This document shows, in pieces, positions 56,702-64,000 of a stretch of 64,000 nt of DNA (its first letter is position 1; each line of letters begins with the position of its first letter). The notes below the pieces were generated by a model that was not told the origin of the DNA, searched no databases, and saw only the letters and a list, made by a program, of their open reading frames with translations. The stretch lies in contig JBKBTZ010000001.1 of the NCBI GenBank assembly GCA_046290825.1, forward strand, positions 29,364 through 93,363, written 5' to 3'. This DNA comes from Limisphaerales bacterium. GTDB taxonomy: Bacteria; Verrucomicrobiota; Verrucomicrobiia; Limisphaerales; DSYF01. A program made the translations under genes and the position numbers.

Positions 56702-57316
56702 ATGGCGATTCACTCCTTTTTCCCCACCCTGGTTTATCAGGCGCCGTTGCAGCGGAACAACGCGCGCTTCAACCGGGAGCTGCTCCGTGAGTGTTACCAG
56801 GTGCGTGATCATGACGACGACGGTCGGCGCTGGTGCCGGAAGAATTATCCCGGCGGCTACACGTCCTACGGCTCGCTCTGCCGGATGCACAAGCTGTCCT
56901 CCACCTTCGCGGAGCTGGAGCGGAAGTTGAACCGTCATGTGAAAGCGTTCGCCGCCGCGCTGGACCTCGACCTCGAAGGCCGTCCACTGGTGATGACCGA
57001 TTGCTGGATCAACATCATGCCGCACCAGGTCGTGCATGGCCTCCATCTGCATCCGCTCTCCACCCTCAGCGGCACCTACTACGTCCGCACGCCGGCGGGT
57101 TGCTCGGGCATCAAGTTCGAGGATCCGCGGCTGGACCGGTTCATGGCCGCGCCCCCGCGCCGCTCCGACTGCCGCCCGGAACACCGCGCCTGGCAGACCA
57201 TTGCCGCCAAGGCGGGCCAGGTGGTGCTGTTTGAAAGCTGGCTGCGCCACGAAGTGCCGCCCAACCCGCTCCAGGCCGAGCGCGTCAGCATCAGCTTCAA
57301 CTACAGTTGGTTCTGA
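56702..57316 (+). CDS. TIGR02466-family 2OG-Fe(II)-oxygenase-like protein
   Basis: MAIHSFFPTLVYQAPL..., HGLHLHP, VLFESWLRHEV and RVSISFNYSWF* match my recollection of this conserved family. Confidence 0.7.
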   Translation: MAIHSFFPTLVYQAPLQRNNARFNRELLRECYQVRDHDDDGRRWCRKNYPGGYTSYGSLCRMHKLSSTFAELERKLNRHVKAFAAALDLDLEGRPLVMTDCWINIMPHQVVHGLHLHPLSTLSGTYYVRTPAGCSGIKFEDPRLDRFMAAPPRRSDCRPEHRAWQTIAAKAGQVVLFESWLRHEVPPNPLQAERVSISFNYSWF

Positions 57317-57373
57317 CCCGGTAAACGGGGCTGCGGCAGTTCCGACCGGAGCATCCCGGCTGTGCAGCCCGGC

Positions 57374-57946
57374 TCAAGGCAGTTCCACCACGCGGAAGAA
57401 CCAACCCGAGCCGTCCGCGGCGTTGGTGTGGGTGACCGTGCTGGCCGTCGCGAGATTGGTGCTGATGGCGGTCCAGTGAACGAGGTTGGTGCTGCTCTCG
57501 ACCAGATGAAGGCGTCCCACGGTCAGGCCTGAGACCTCGAAGCGGAACTGCCCGCCGACCACCCGCGGATTTTCCAGTTGGACGGACAGGGTCGGCGGGG
57601 CGGCCTGCACAATCACCGTGCCGAAGTTGCCCTCGAGTGTGTCTTGATAGGTGTAGGTGCCGGGCACGGTGAACGTCCGCGATAACGTGTCGGAGTAGCC
57701 AACGACGACGCCTTGCCACCATTGCGGATGGCTGGAGGGTAAAGTGCTGACGATGGTATGGGGGAAATCGTCCTCGTCGTCATTAATCCAGACGACGGTG
57801 TCTCCGGCGGTGATGGTCAGGCTGGCGGGGTCAAAACCGTTGCCGTCCACAGTGACGTAATGGATCACCGCGTGAACCGGCAGGCAGAGGGCCAGCACGC
57901 AGGAGACCAGGAACTGAATGGGATGGAAGCGGGGCATTGTTTTCAT
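57374..57946 (-). CDS. Secreted cupredoxin-fold-like protein lacking type-1 copper ligands, with shared C-terminal module
   Basis: Signal peptide. ITAGDTVVWINDDEDDFPHT and PGTYTYQDTLEGNFGTVIV are cupredoxin-like, but the canonical C..H..M positions read Q..L..N/F. Tail STNLVHWTAISTN...WFFRVVELP*. Confidence 0.55.
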   Translation of the reverse strand: MKTMPRFHPIQFLVSCVLALCLPVHAVIHYVTVDGNGFDPASLTITAGDTVVWINDDEDDFPHTIVSTLPSSHPQWWQGVVVGYSDTLSRTFTVPGTYTYQDTLEGNFGTVIVQAAPPTLSVQLENPRVVGGQFRFEVSGLTVGRLHLVESSTNLVHWTAISTNLATASTVTHTNAADGSGWFFRVVELP

Positions 57947-58153
57947 GTCGCAATGGGGGGGCGGTTTGCAGCATGAACCTCAAGCAAGGGGCGGGCCAGA
58001 ATTATTTCGGGAATGGTCACCAGCGGGCGTGTCTCCGTTACTCGCCGACGGAGGGCCGTGCGAACCAAAGCCGGAACCCGAAATCCAAACGCAGAAATCA
58101 ATCCGCGCTGCCTTGCAACATAGCGAGATGCGCGTTCCGGTTGGCGCTTGGGG

Positions 58154-58870
58154 TTATTCTTTGCCCTGCGGCTGTTCCGGCCCTCCGGCGGCTTCGCCGT
58201 CGGGCGGGGTTTCCTTCGCGGGCTGGTCGGAGAGCGCGAGCTGTTCCGGCGGGGCGGTGGCGAGGCCCGGTTCGACGGTGGCCAGCGGGGGCTTTTCGAC
58301 CGGCAGCCGGCGCAGTTCAGCGGCGTCGGGCAGGTCGTCGAGGCTGCGGAGGCCGAAGTATTCGAGGAACAGCGCGGTGGTGCCGTAGGTCGAGGGGCGA
58401 CCCGCGACTTCGGCGCGGCCCACCTGCTCAATGAGGCCGCGATCCAGCAGCGTCTGGATGACGCCGTCCACGCTGACGCCGCGCACCTGCTCCATCTCGG
58501 CGCGGGTGAGCGGCTGACGGTAGGCAATGATGGCAAGGGTTTCGAGCGCGGGCTGCGAGAGCCGGGGCGGGCGCGCGCGGTGGCCGACGAGCGCCTTGAG
58601 CCAGGGGGCGTATTCGGGCTGGGTGACGAACTGCCACGCGCCGGCGATGCAAACGAGGCGGTAGCTGCGTCCGGCCTGCTCGTGATCGCTGGCGAGCTGT
58701 TGCAGCGTGGTTTCCAGCTCGGCCTCCTTCACCTTGCGGAGCGAGCGGACGAAGTCATCGCCCTCGGCGTGTTCGACGGCACCGGCGAACACATCGCGCA
58801 GTTCGCGGGTGGTCAGCGGCTTCTGCGCGGCGAAGAGCAGCGCCTCGAGAATGAATTTCAGTTCCATCAT
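58154..58870 (-). CDS. scpB: Segregation and condensation protein B
   Basis: Start at the MM pair (58868-58870), adjacent to the scpA stop. LEALLFAAQKPLT, LVCIAGAWQFVT and ALETLAIIAYRQPLTRAEMEQVRGV. Pro/Glu-rich tail. Confidence 0.85.
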   Translation of the reverse strand: MMELKFILEALLFAAQKPLTTRELRDVFAGAVEHAEGDDFVRSLRKVKEAELETTLQQLASDHEQAGRSYRLVCIAGAWQFVTQPEYAPWLKALVGHRARPPRLSQPALETLAIIAYRQPLTRAEMEQVRGVSVDGVIQTLLDRGLIEQVGRAEVAGRPSTYGTTALFLEYFGLRSLDDLPDAAELRRLPVEKPPLATVEPGLATAPPEQLALSDQPAKETPPDGEAAGGPEQPQGKE

Positions 58871-59685
58871 CAAGCGGTGGCGGTGTCGGCCTGGTCCAGC
58901 GCCCAGGCCGTGGGGCCGGGCGTGGCGGCCATGACGGGCGTGGTGGCGGCGGCGGGCTGGCCGGTGTGGCACAGCTCGATGTCGCCGAAGCTTTCGGACT
59001 GCACGGCGGTGAGCACCTTGAGGCGGATCAATTCGAGCATGGCCAGGAAGGTGACGACGACCTCGGTGCGGCTGGTGGAGCTGGCGAACAACTCGGAGAA
59101 GCGCAGGCGCGGCGTGTGCAGCAGGCGCTGGCGCAATTCCTCGATCTTCTCGCTCACGGTCCACTTGTCCTCGAAGATTTCGCGGAGGTTTTCCTTCTCG
59201 CTGAAGCGCTGGAGGATCTGGTTGACCGCGTGGATGAGGTCGAACACGGACGCGGCCTGGCCGGTGGCGGCGGGTTCGCGCTCGAATTCCAGTTTCACCG
59301 GCAGGCGGGGATAGATTTTTTCCTGGCGCAATTCGAGTTCCTGGAGCCGGGCGGCGGCGTCCTTGAACTTCTTGTATTCGACGAGCTGGCGGATGAGTTC
59401 CCAGCGCGGATCCTCGCCGTCGTCGTCCTCCTCGGCCTGGACCTGTTGTTCCTTGGGCAGCAGTTCGCGGCTCTTGATATACATGAGCGTGGCGGCCATG
59501 ACGAGGAACTCGCCCGCGATGTCCAGGTCGAGCAACCGCATGGTCTCGATGTATTCCACGAACTGCGTGGCGAGCCTGGTCAGGTTGACCTCATAAATGT
59601 CCACCTCCTCCTTCTTGATGAGGTGGAGCAGCAGATCAAGCGGGCCTTCGAAGACCTCGAACTGGACTTTGTATTCGGACATCAC
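58870..59685 (-). CDS. scpA: Segregation and condensation protein A
   Basis: FEVFEGPLDLLLHLIKKEEVDIYEVNL and the EFLVMAATLMYIKS kleisin pattern. Confidence 0.85.
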   Translation of the reverse strand: MMSEYKVQFEVFEGPLDLLLHLIKKEEVDIYEVNLTRLATQFVEYIETMRLLDLDIAGEFLVMAATLMYIKSRELLPKEQQVQAEEDDDGEDPRWELIRQLVEYKKFKDAAARLQELELRQEKIYPRLPVKLEFEREPAATGQAASVFDLIHAVNQILQRFSEKENLREIFEDKWTVSEKIEELRQRLLHTPRLRFSELFASSTSRTEVVVTFLAMLELIRLKVLTAVQSESFGDIELCHTGQPAAATTPVMAATPGPTAWALDQADTATA

Positions 59686-59894
59686 AACCCGCGGCCTGGG
59701 GCGGGACGGCGGATGCTATGCGGCGGGAACCGCGATTGGCAACGCCGGAGCCGGGGAACTTGCTTCCGCCGTGCCCTCCGGCAAGCGGCGCCACCACTTG
59801 GCCCCCGCCCCCGTCCGCGACTTCCCCCGCCCGCTGGCTTTCCACGTCCACCTCGTCGGCAGGGGTGCGCGGTGATGCGCGGTCCGGCCGAACC

Positions 59895-60875
59895 TTACCG
59901 TTCCGCCGCGCGGACTTCCTCCATCGTTGGGAACTGCGCCAGCGTCTCGAACCGCACCGGATACCGGCGCGGATCATGGCCCGCGCGGCGCAGGGCGTTC
60001 GTGTAGTCGGTCAGGAACTGCGTCAGGCCCGCCGCGTGGAGGTTGGGTGCCGCGAAGCCGCGCGGGAAGCCGACCAGCCGGTTGCTGATCACGAGAAATG
60101 TCGGCGAGCCGCTGTCCTGCGGAGCCACGCCGTGGTCGCTCCCCCAGTGGAACGAGAAGTTGCCGATCGTCCGGGCGTGTTGGCAGAGCGTCACGGTTGG
60201 CCAGCGACCCAGCGGCTGGTCCAGCCGGTTGCTCACCGTCTCCCACAGCACCAGCGGCACGGAGGCAATGCCGGGCGGAAACGGCTTTTCCAGCACGCCG
60301 ATGAAGTAATCGCCGAAGTTCGTCTGCCGGCTCACGCCGCCCACGCAACGCCGCCAGTGATGGCCGTTGGTCTTGTCCAGCGCGAGAAACCACTGGTTGC
60401 TGCCGCAGTGCGTCTGGTCGGGATGGTTTCCGCAAAAGGTGTGGCCCGCCTGCAGCAACGCGACGGGCGAGAGGAGCATCGCCTTGCGCCAGAAGAATGG
60501 CTCGCCGCCCGCGTTGGTCCGCGCGTGGGTCATGGCGGTGAAGTTCTCGAGGCCGAAGAAGAACCAGTTCGTGTTCCAGGCTGCGTTGGTGGCCATGCTC
60601 CCGTTCGAGCCGGGAAGGGATTCGATGCGCGCCAGCACCGCGTCGGTGCGGCCATTGGTGCGGGCGGTCCAGTTCGTCCACAAATGCCAGCCCAGGCTGC
60701 CCGGCGGCGTCCACTGCCCGAACTGCCGATACGGGTCGGTGGCGCGCTCCTCCGCGCGGGCCGGCAGCGCCAGCAGGGCTAGCGCCAGCAAGGCGATTGC
60801 GCTCCGGCGTGCCACCCGTTCGGTTTCGGTTCGAACCTGGAGATTCGGGCTTTGGGCTTCAGGCTTGGCCTTCAT
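59895..60875 (-). CDS. Secreted hypothetical protein, possibly a divergent trypsin-like (S1) peptidase fold
   Basis: Signal peptide (AIALLALALLALPARA). Ordered His/Asp/Ser-like motifs: LLQAGHTFCG, GDYFIGVLEKP and PQDSGSPTFLV. This is weak motif-level evidence only. Confidence 0.35.
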   Translation of the reverse strand: MKAKPEAQSPNLQVRTETERVARRSAIALLALALLALPARAEERATDPYRQFGQWTPPGSLGWHLWTNWTARTNGRTDAVLARIESLPGSNGSMATNAAWNTNWFFFGLENFTAMTHARTNAGGEPFFWRKAMLLSPVALLQAGHTFCGNHPDQTHCGSNQWFLALDKTNGHHWRRCVGGVSRQTNFGDYFIGVLEKPFPPGIASVPLVLWETVSNRLDQPLGRWPTVTLCQHARTIGNFSFHWGSDHGVAPQDSGSPTFLVISNRLVGFPRGFAAPNLHAAGLTQFLTDYTNALRRAGHDPRRYPVRFETLAQFPTMEEVRAAER

Positions 60876-60958
60876 GCCGCCAGCCTAACCCCAAACCGCC
60901 CCCTTGGGAAATGCCGAGCGGCTGTGCTTTCGGTCGCCCTCCCGGGTCCGCCCGGGCT

Positions 60959-63109
60959 TCAGAAGCGGTATTGCAGGCGGGCGGAGAGGAAGTGCGCCTC
61001 GAAGTCGTGGTTCCCGCCGCTGGTCTCGTCGGTGTAGTGGACGAAGCCGTAGCTGAGGGCGACGCGCACGCGCTCGCTGAACCGCCGGGTGATGGTGGCG
61101 TTGACGCTGTGTTCCTCGGCTCCCGCGCCGAACGGCACGCCGAACGCCGAGTTGTCCTTGAAGTTGTCCGCGCGATACCAGGTGTAGCCCAGGGTGAGGT
61201 CGCTCTTGTCGTCGAGCACCAGCGTGCCGGAGGTCTGCACGGTCCAGTAATTGTTCTGCGCGTCGAGCACGGCCTGGGTCACGCTCGGGGCCGGCGTTTC
61301 GGTCTCGCTGCTGACGTAGTTGACGCCAAGCTGCAACGCGAGCCGCGCCCACGGTGACCACGTCACGTTCTGGCCGACGATGTGGCTGGTCATCTCGGCG
61401 GACTCGATCTCGCCGAGGCCGGAGGCGGCGTCGGGCCGGGTCTCGATGGTCGAGAGCTGATACTCGTAACGGGTGACGAGGCTGAGATTGGCGCGCGGGC
61501 GCAGCGTGAGGCGGCAATGGCCATCAAGCGTCTCGAAGTTCTGCATCACGAGGTAGGCCGGGTAACGGTTGCCGCCCGCGTTGCCGGTGCTGTCCACGTT
61601 GTGGTCGTAATCGTAGTGGTTCCGTTTCCAGTAGCCGCCCACGTCCATGCTGGTCTTGCGCGTGGCATACCATTTCGCGCCGAGGCTGTATTTCTGGAAG
61701 CGGCGCTCGTCGTCGGTGTCGCGGGTGATGGCGGCGACGGGGGAAGTGAGGCCGCCCTGCTCGCGGATGTTGCCCTCGGCCTGGGTCCACTCGCCCCGCG
61801 CGTGGAAGCTCCAGTTCGTGATGCCGGAGTAACGGATGTCGAGCCGTTCGCGCACGTCAATGCGGTCGCCGTCGCTGCGGGAACTGAGCAGGGCGCCGGG
61901 TGTGGTCTGGCCCGCCGTCGAACCAGCCTCCCAGTCGGTGCGCTGGGCGCGGATCGAGGGCGTGACGGTGAGGTTTTTGGCGGGGATGGTCAGCAGGTTC
62001 AGGTTGAGGACGTATTCCTGCTGGTCCGCAAAGCCAACGAGGTTGGTGTAGCCGAGGCCGTTGAACGGGTTGGCGGCAAACGCCACGTCGTAATCGGTGC
62101 CGTAGATGCGGCTGCCGGTGAACGTGCTGTTCAGGTCGCTCCACAGGAAGCCGGAGGAGAAGAACAGCTTGGGCTTGATCCACGTCTCGGTCCAGGCGTT
62201 GACGCTGAAGAGGTCGTATTCCACCGACGAGCGGTCGGTGATTTTCGGCTGCGCGCCGCCCTGCCAGAGCGAGGTCTTGAGGGCGTTGTCGAGGTCGGTG
62301 GTTTCGTAGCGCGCGGCGAGGCCGACGGTGGTCTTCTTGATCTGGTGCTGCAACTCGACCTCGAAGATGTCGCTGGTTTCGTCGAGGTCGTAGAACGCCG
62401 GGACCAGCCCCTGCAAACTGCCCGTGCCCGCCGCGTCCACGGTGCCCCAGATGGTCGAGGGCTTCGCGCCGTCGCGGTAACGGTGCGTGTAGCGGAACGT
62501 GACCGCGGGCAGGTTCTTCAACGTGAGGCCGGCCTCGACGGAGAATTCGCCGCGGTCGAGCGCGAGTTCATTGTCGGGCTGCAGCGGGAAGGCAATGCCG
62601 CCGGGATGATAAAAACCGCCGTCGCCGTTGGCCCAGGTGCGGAAGGTTTCGCCGCGCACACGGATGAACCCGAGCTTCTCCTTGGCCAGCGCGAGGCCGA
62701 GGCGGTAGTCGTCGTTGTCAAAAATGGCGCGCCCGTCGAGCGTGAGGGTCGCGCCCTTGCCCGCCTTGCCGGTGTAATGCAAATCCTCGATGCCGCCGAA
62801 TGCGCCCTCGCGATACTGGGTGCGCTGCTGGGCCTGGGCGTTGTTGCCGGAGGTGAACAGGCCGCCGGTCGAGAACTCGATCCAGTTCGCGTAGGTCTCC
62901 TTGCCGCCCTCGAAAAATTCCTCGGGCGTGAGCGGCTCGGGTTCTTCGGCCTTGTCCTCCTTCTTCGCATCGGCTTTGGCGTCGGCCTTTTCCTCCGCCG
63001 TGACGGCGGCGGTGCCGGCGGCGAGGATCAACGCGGTCAGCCAGAGCGCCTGGCGGTGGAGCCAGCGGGCGGCGGGCCGGGGTTCGGGGCGGGCGAATGG
63101 GGCTTTCAT
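60959..63109 (-). CDS. Large outer-membrane beta-barrel protein (MtrB/PioB-like porin candidate)
   Basis: 716 aa. Signal peptide followed by a Lys/Glu/Asp/Ala-rich linker. Pervasive alternating aromatic/polar strand pattern. The C-terminus ...SARLQYRF* ends in Phe, as in OM beta-barrels. It lies immediately downstream of a multihaem cytochrome gene. Confidence 0.6.
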   Translation of the reverse strand: MKAPFARPEPRPAARWLHRQALWLTALILAAGTAAVTAEEKADAKADAKKEDKAEEPEPLTPEEFFEGGKETYANWIEFSTGGLFTSGNNAQAQQRTQYREGAFGGIEDLHYTGKAGKGATLTLDGRAIFDNDDYRLGLALAKEKLGFIRVRGETFRTWANGDGGFYHPGGIAFPLQPDNELALDRGEFSVEAGLTLKNLPAVTFRYTHRYRDGAKPSTIWGTVDAAGTGSLQGLVPAFYDLDETSDIFEVELQHQIKKTTVGLAARYETTDLDNALKTSLWQGGAQPKITDRSSVEYDLFSVNAWTETWIKPKLFFSSGFLWSDLNSTFTGSRIYGTDYDVAFAANPFNGLGYTNLVGFADQQEYVLNLNLLTIPAKNLTVTPSIRAQRTDWEAGSTAGQTTPGALLSSRSDGDRIDVRERLDIRYSGITNWSFHARGEWTQAEGNIREQGGLTSPVAAITRDTDDERRFQKYSLGAKWYATRKTSMDVGGYWKRNHYDYDHNVDSTGNAGGNRYPAYLVMQNFETLDGHCRLTLRPRANLSLVTRYEYQLSTIETRPDAASGLGEIESAEMTSHIVGQNVTWSPWARLALQLGVNYVSSETETPAPSVTQAVLDAQNNYWTVQTSGTLVLDDKSDLTLGYTWYRADNFKDNSAFGVPFGAGAEEHSVNATITRRFSERVRVALSYGFVHYTDETSGGNHDFEAHFLSARLQYRF

Positions 63110-63128
63110 GCGCGGGCGGGGTTGGCGG

Positions 63129-63986
63129 TTAGAAGCGGAGCGAGGAACTGACGCGCGAGCCGTGGACGGCCTCGTGGCAGCCGGCGGTCCAGCAGGTGCC
63201 CTGCTGCACGCGGAGGGTGTGGTCGGAGCCGCCGATGAGCAGGCGGCCGCCGACGGGTTGTTGCATGTGGCACTTGAGGCAGAGCGTCGAGTCGCGCTGC
63301 GTGAGCATCTTGGCGTTCACCGAGCCGTGCGGGTCGTGGCAGGCGGTGCAGCCTTCGTTCATGGCCTCGTGCGGGAAGACGAACGGCCCACGCTGCGCGG
63401 GATGGCATTGCAGGCAGCCCTCGTCGGCGGCGCGCGCGGCGGCGCGGCCCGCCTTGAGCGCGTGGCCCTTGTGCGGGTCATGACATTCGGTGCAGCTCAT
63501 CCGGCCCTCGGGCACGGGATGATGGCTGGCCAGGCTGAACTTGCCGCGAATGTCCAGATGGCAGTGGTAGCACACGGTCTGCACGGCGCGCGGGTCGGTG
63601 GTGCCCACGCGCCCGCCGGGATCGGCGGAGAGCGGCCGCCCCGCGCGGAAGGTGTAGGGCGGCGGAATTTCGCCGCCGGAGTCGGAGTGGATGCTGGCGG
63701 GGCCGTGGCAGGATTCGCAGCCGACGTTGCGGGCGTTGCGGCCCGGCGCGAGCAGGTTCGCGTGATCGGCGGTGGCAAAGTCGCGGTAGATTTCCTCGTG
63801 GCACTGCTCGCAATCCTTCGAGCCGATGTAATCGGCGCCGGGCACGTTCGGGAGGATGACGGCGGCGCGGTTCACGGTGCGGCAGGAGATGGGCACCAAC
63901 GCGAGGACCACCAGCGTGAAGAACAGCGGCAGGAACCGGGCGCGGCGCGGGGCCAGCGTGTGGTAATAGGCGAGCAGGCGCTTCAT
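63129..63986 (-). CDS. Periplasmic multihaem c-type cytochrome (7 CXXCH + 1 CX4CH)
   Basis: CEQCH, CESCH, CYHCH, CTECH, CLQCH, CTACH and CLKCH, plus CWTAGCH near the C-terminus, all within 285 aa. N-terminal TM/signal segment (FLPLFFTLVVLALVPISC). Confidence 0.85.
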   Translation of the reverse strand: MKRLLAYYHTLAPRRARFLPLFFTLVVLALVPISCRTVNRAAVILPNVPGADYIGSKDCEQCHEEIYRDFATADHANLLAPGRNARNVGCESCHGPASIHSDSGGEIPPPYTFRAGRPLSADPGGRVGTTDPRAVQTVCYHCHLDIRGKFSLASHHPVPEGRMSCTECHDPHKGHALKAGRAAARAADEGCLQCHPAQRGPFVFPHEAMNEGCTACHDPHGSVNAKMLTQRDSTLCLKCHMQQPVGGRLLIGGSDHTLRVQQGTCWTAGCHEAVHGSRVSSSLRF

Positions 63987-64000
63987 GGCAGGCGGGGGTT

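Noticed and set aside
57327-57372. Hairpin GGGCTGC...GCAGCCC between the convergent genes 56702-57316 and 57374-57946
   Set aside because: The stem is 7 bp with a 29-nt loop and no U-tract on either strand, so it does not meet intrinsic-terminator criteria.
60828-60837. GGTTCGAACC, resembling a tRNA T-arm
   Set aside because: It lies inside the N-terminal coding region of gene 59895-60875. No acceptor or anticodon arms can be drawn around it.
61382-63151. 589-aa ORF on the plus strand
   Set aside because: It is antisense to the beta-barrel gene, which has a signal peptide, amphipathic strand periodicity and a terminal Phe.

Overview
High-GC (about 65-70% by eye) bacterial chromosomal segment. 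The gene content points to the PVC superphylum, most likely Verrucomicrobiota: a PEP-CTERM sorting signal, prepilin-type H-X9-DG proteins, many pseudopilin-like genes and Ig-repeat giant proteins. This taxonomic call is inference only. Layout: (1) 1-7 kb housekeeping genes: mnmE 3' end, fasciclin protein, glutathione peroxidase, dnaE, yggS. (2) 7.1-26.5 kb, a roughly 19-kb surface-polysaccharide cluster. It holds an epimerase, two SAM methyltransferases, about six glycosyltransferases, a eukaryote-type UDP-galactopyranose mutase, Wzm/Wzt ABC exporter genes split by a four-helix-bundle gene, and two tandem O-antigen-ligase/polymerase-like membrane proteins. (3) 26.6-36.4 kb: two tandem giant secreted paralogs (CBM-like N-terminus, GH123/DUF4091-like core, four Ig-like repeats) plus a translationally coupled secreted protein. 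(4) 36.4-38.4 kb: GNAT, gmhA and an M50 protease. (5) 38.6-48.6 kb: a co-directional surface/metal-looking cluster (His-rich membrane peptide, H-X9-DG prepilin-like protein, two choice-of-anchor-M-like proteins, ABC-2 transporter, His/Asp-rich TPR protein, PstS-like binding protein). This cluster is interrupted at 41.8-44.8 kb by a low-GC 2.9-kb islet flanked by 158-bp near-identical direct repeats. (6) 48.6-60.9 kb mixed genes: gmhB, an oxidoreductase, a CPBP protease, an RluA-RlmI fusion, a three-gene pseudopilin cassette, sixA, scpAB and others. (7) 61-64 kb: an outer-membrane beta-barrel plus multihaem cytochrome pair, running to the window edge. Nine adjacent gene pairs overlap by the 4-nt ATGA stop/start motif, indicating tight operons. 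No rRNA, tRNA, CRISPR array, transposase or integrase was recognised. All homology calls come from motif recognition by eye and from memory of protein families; no search was run.
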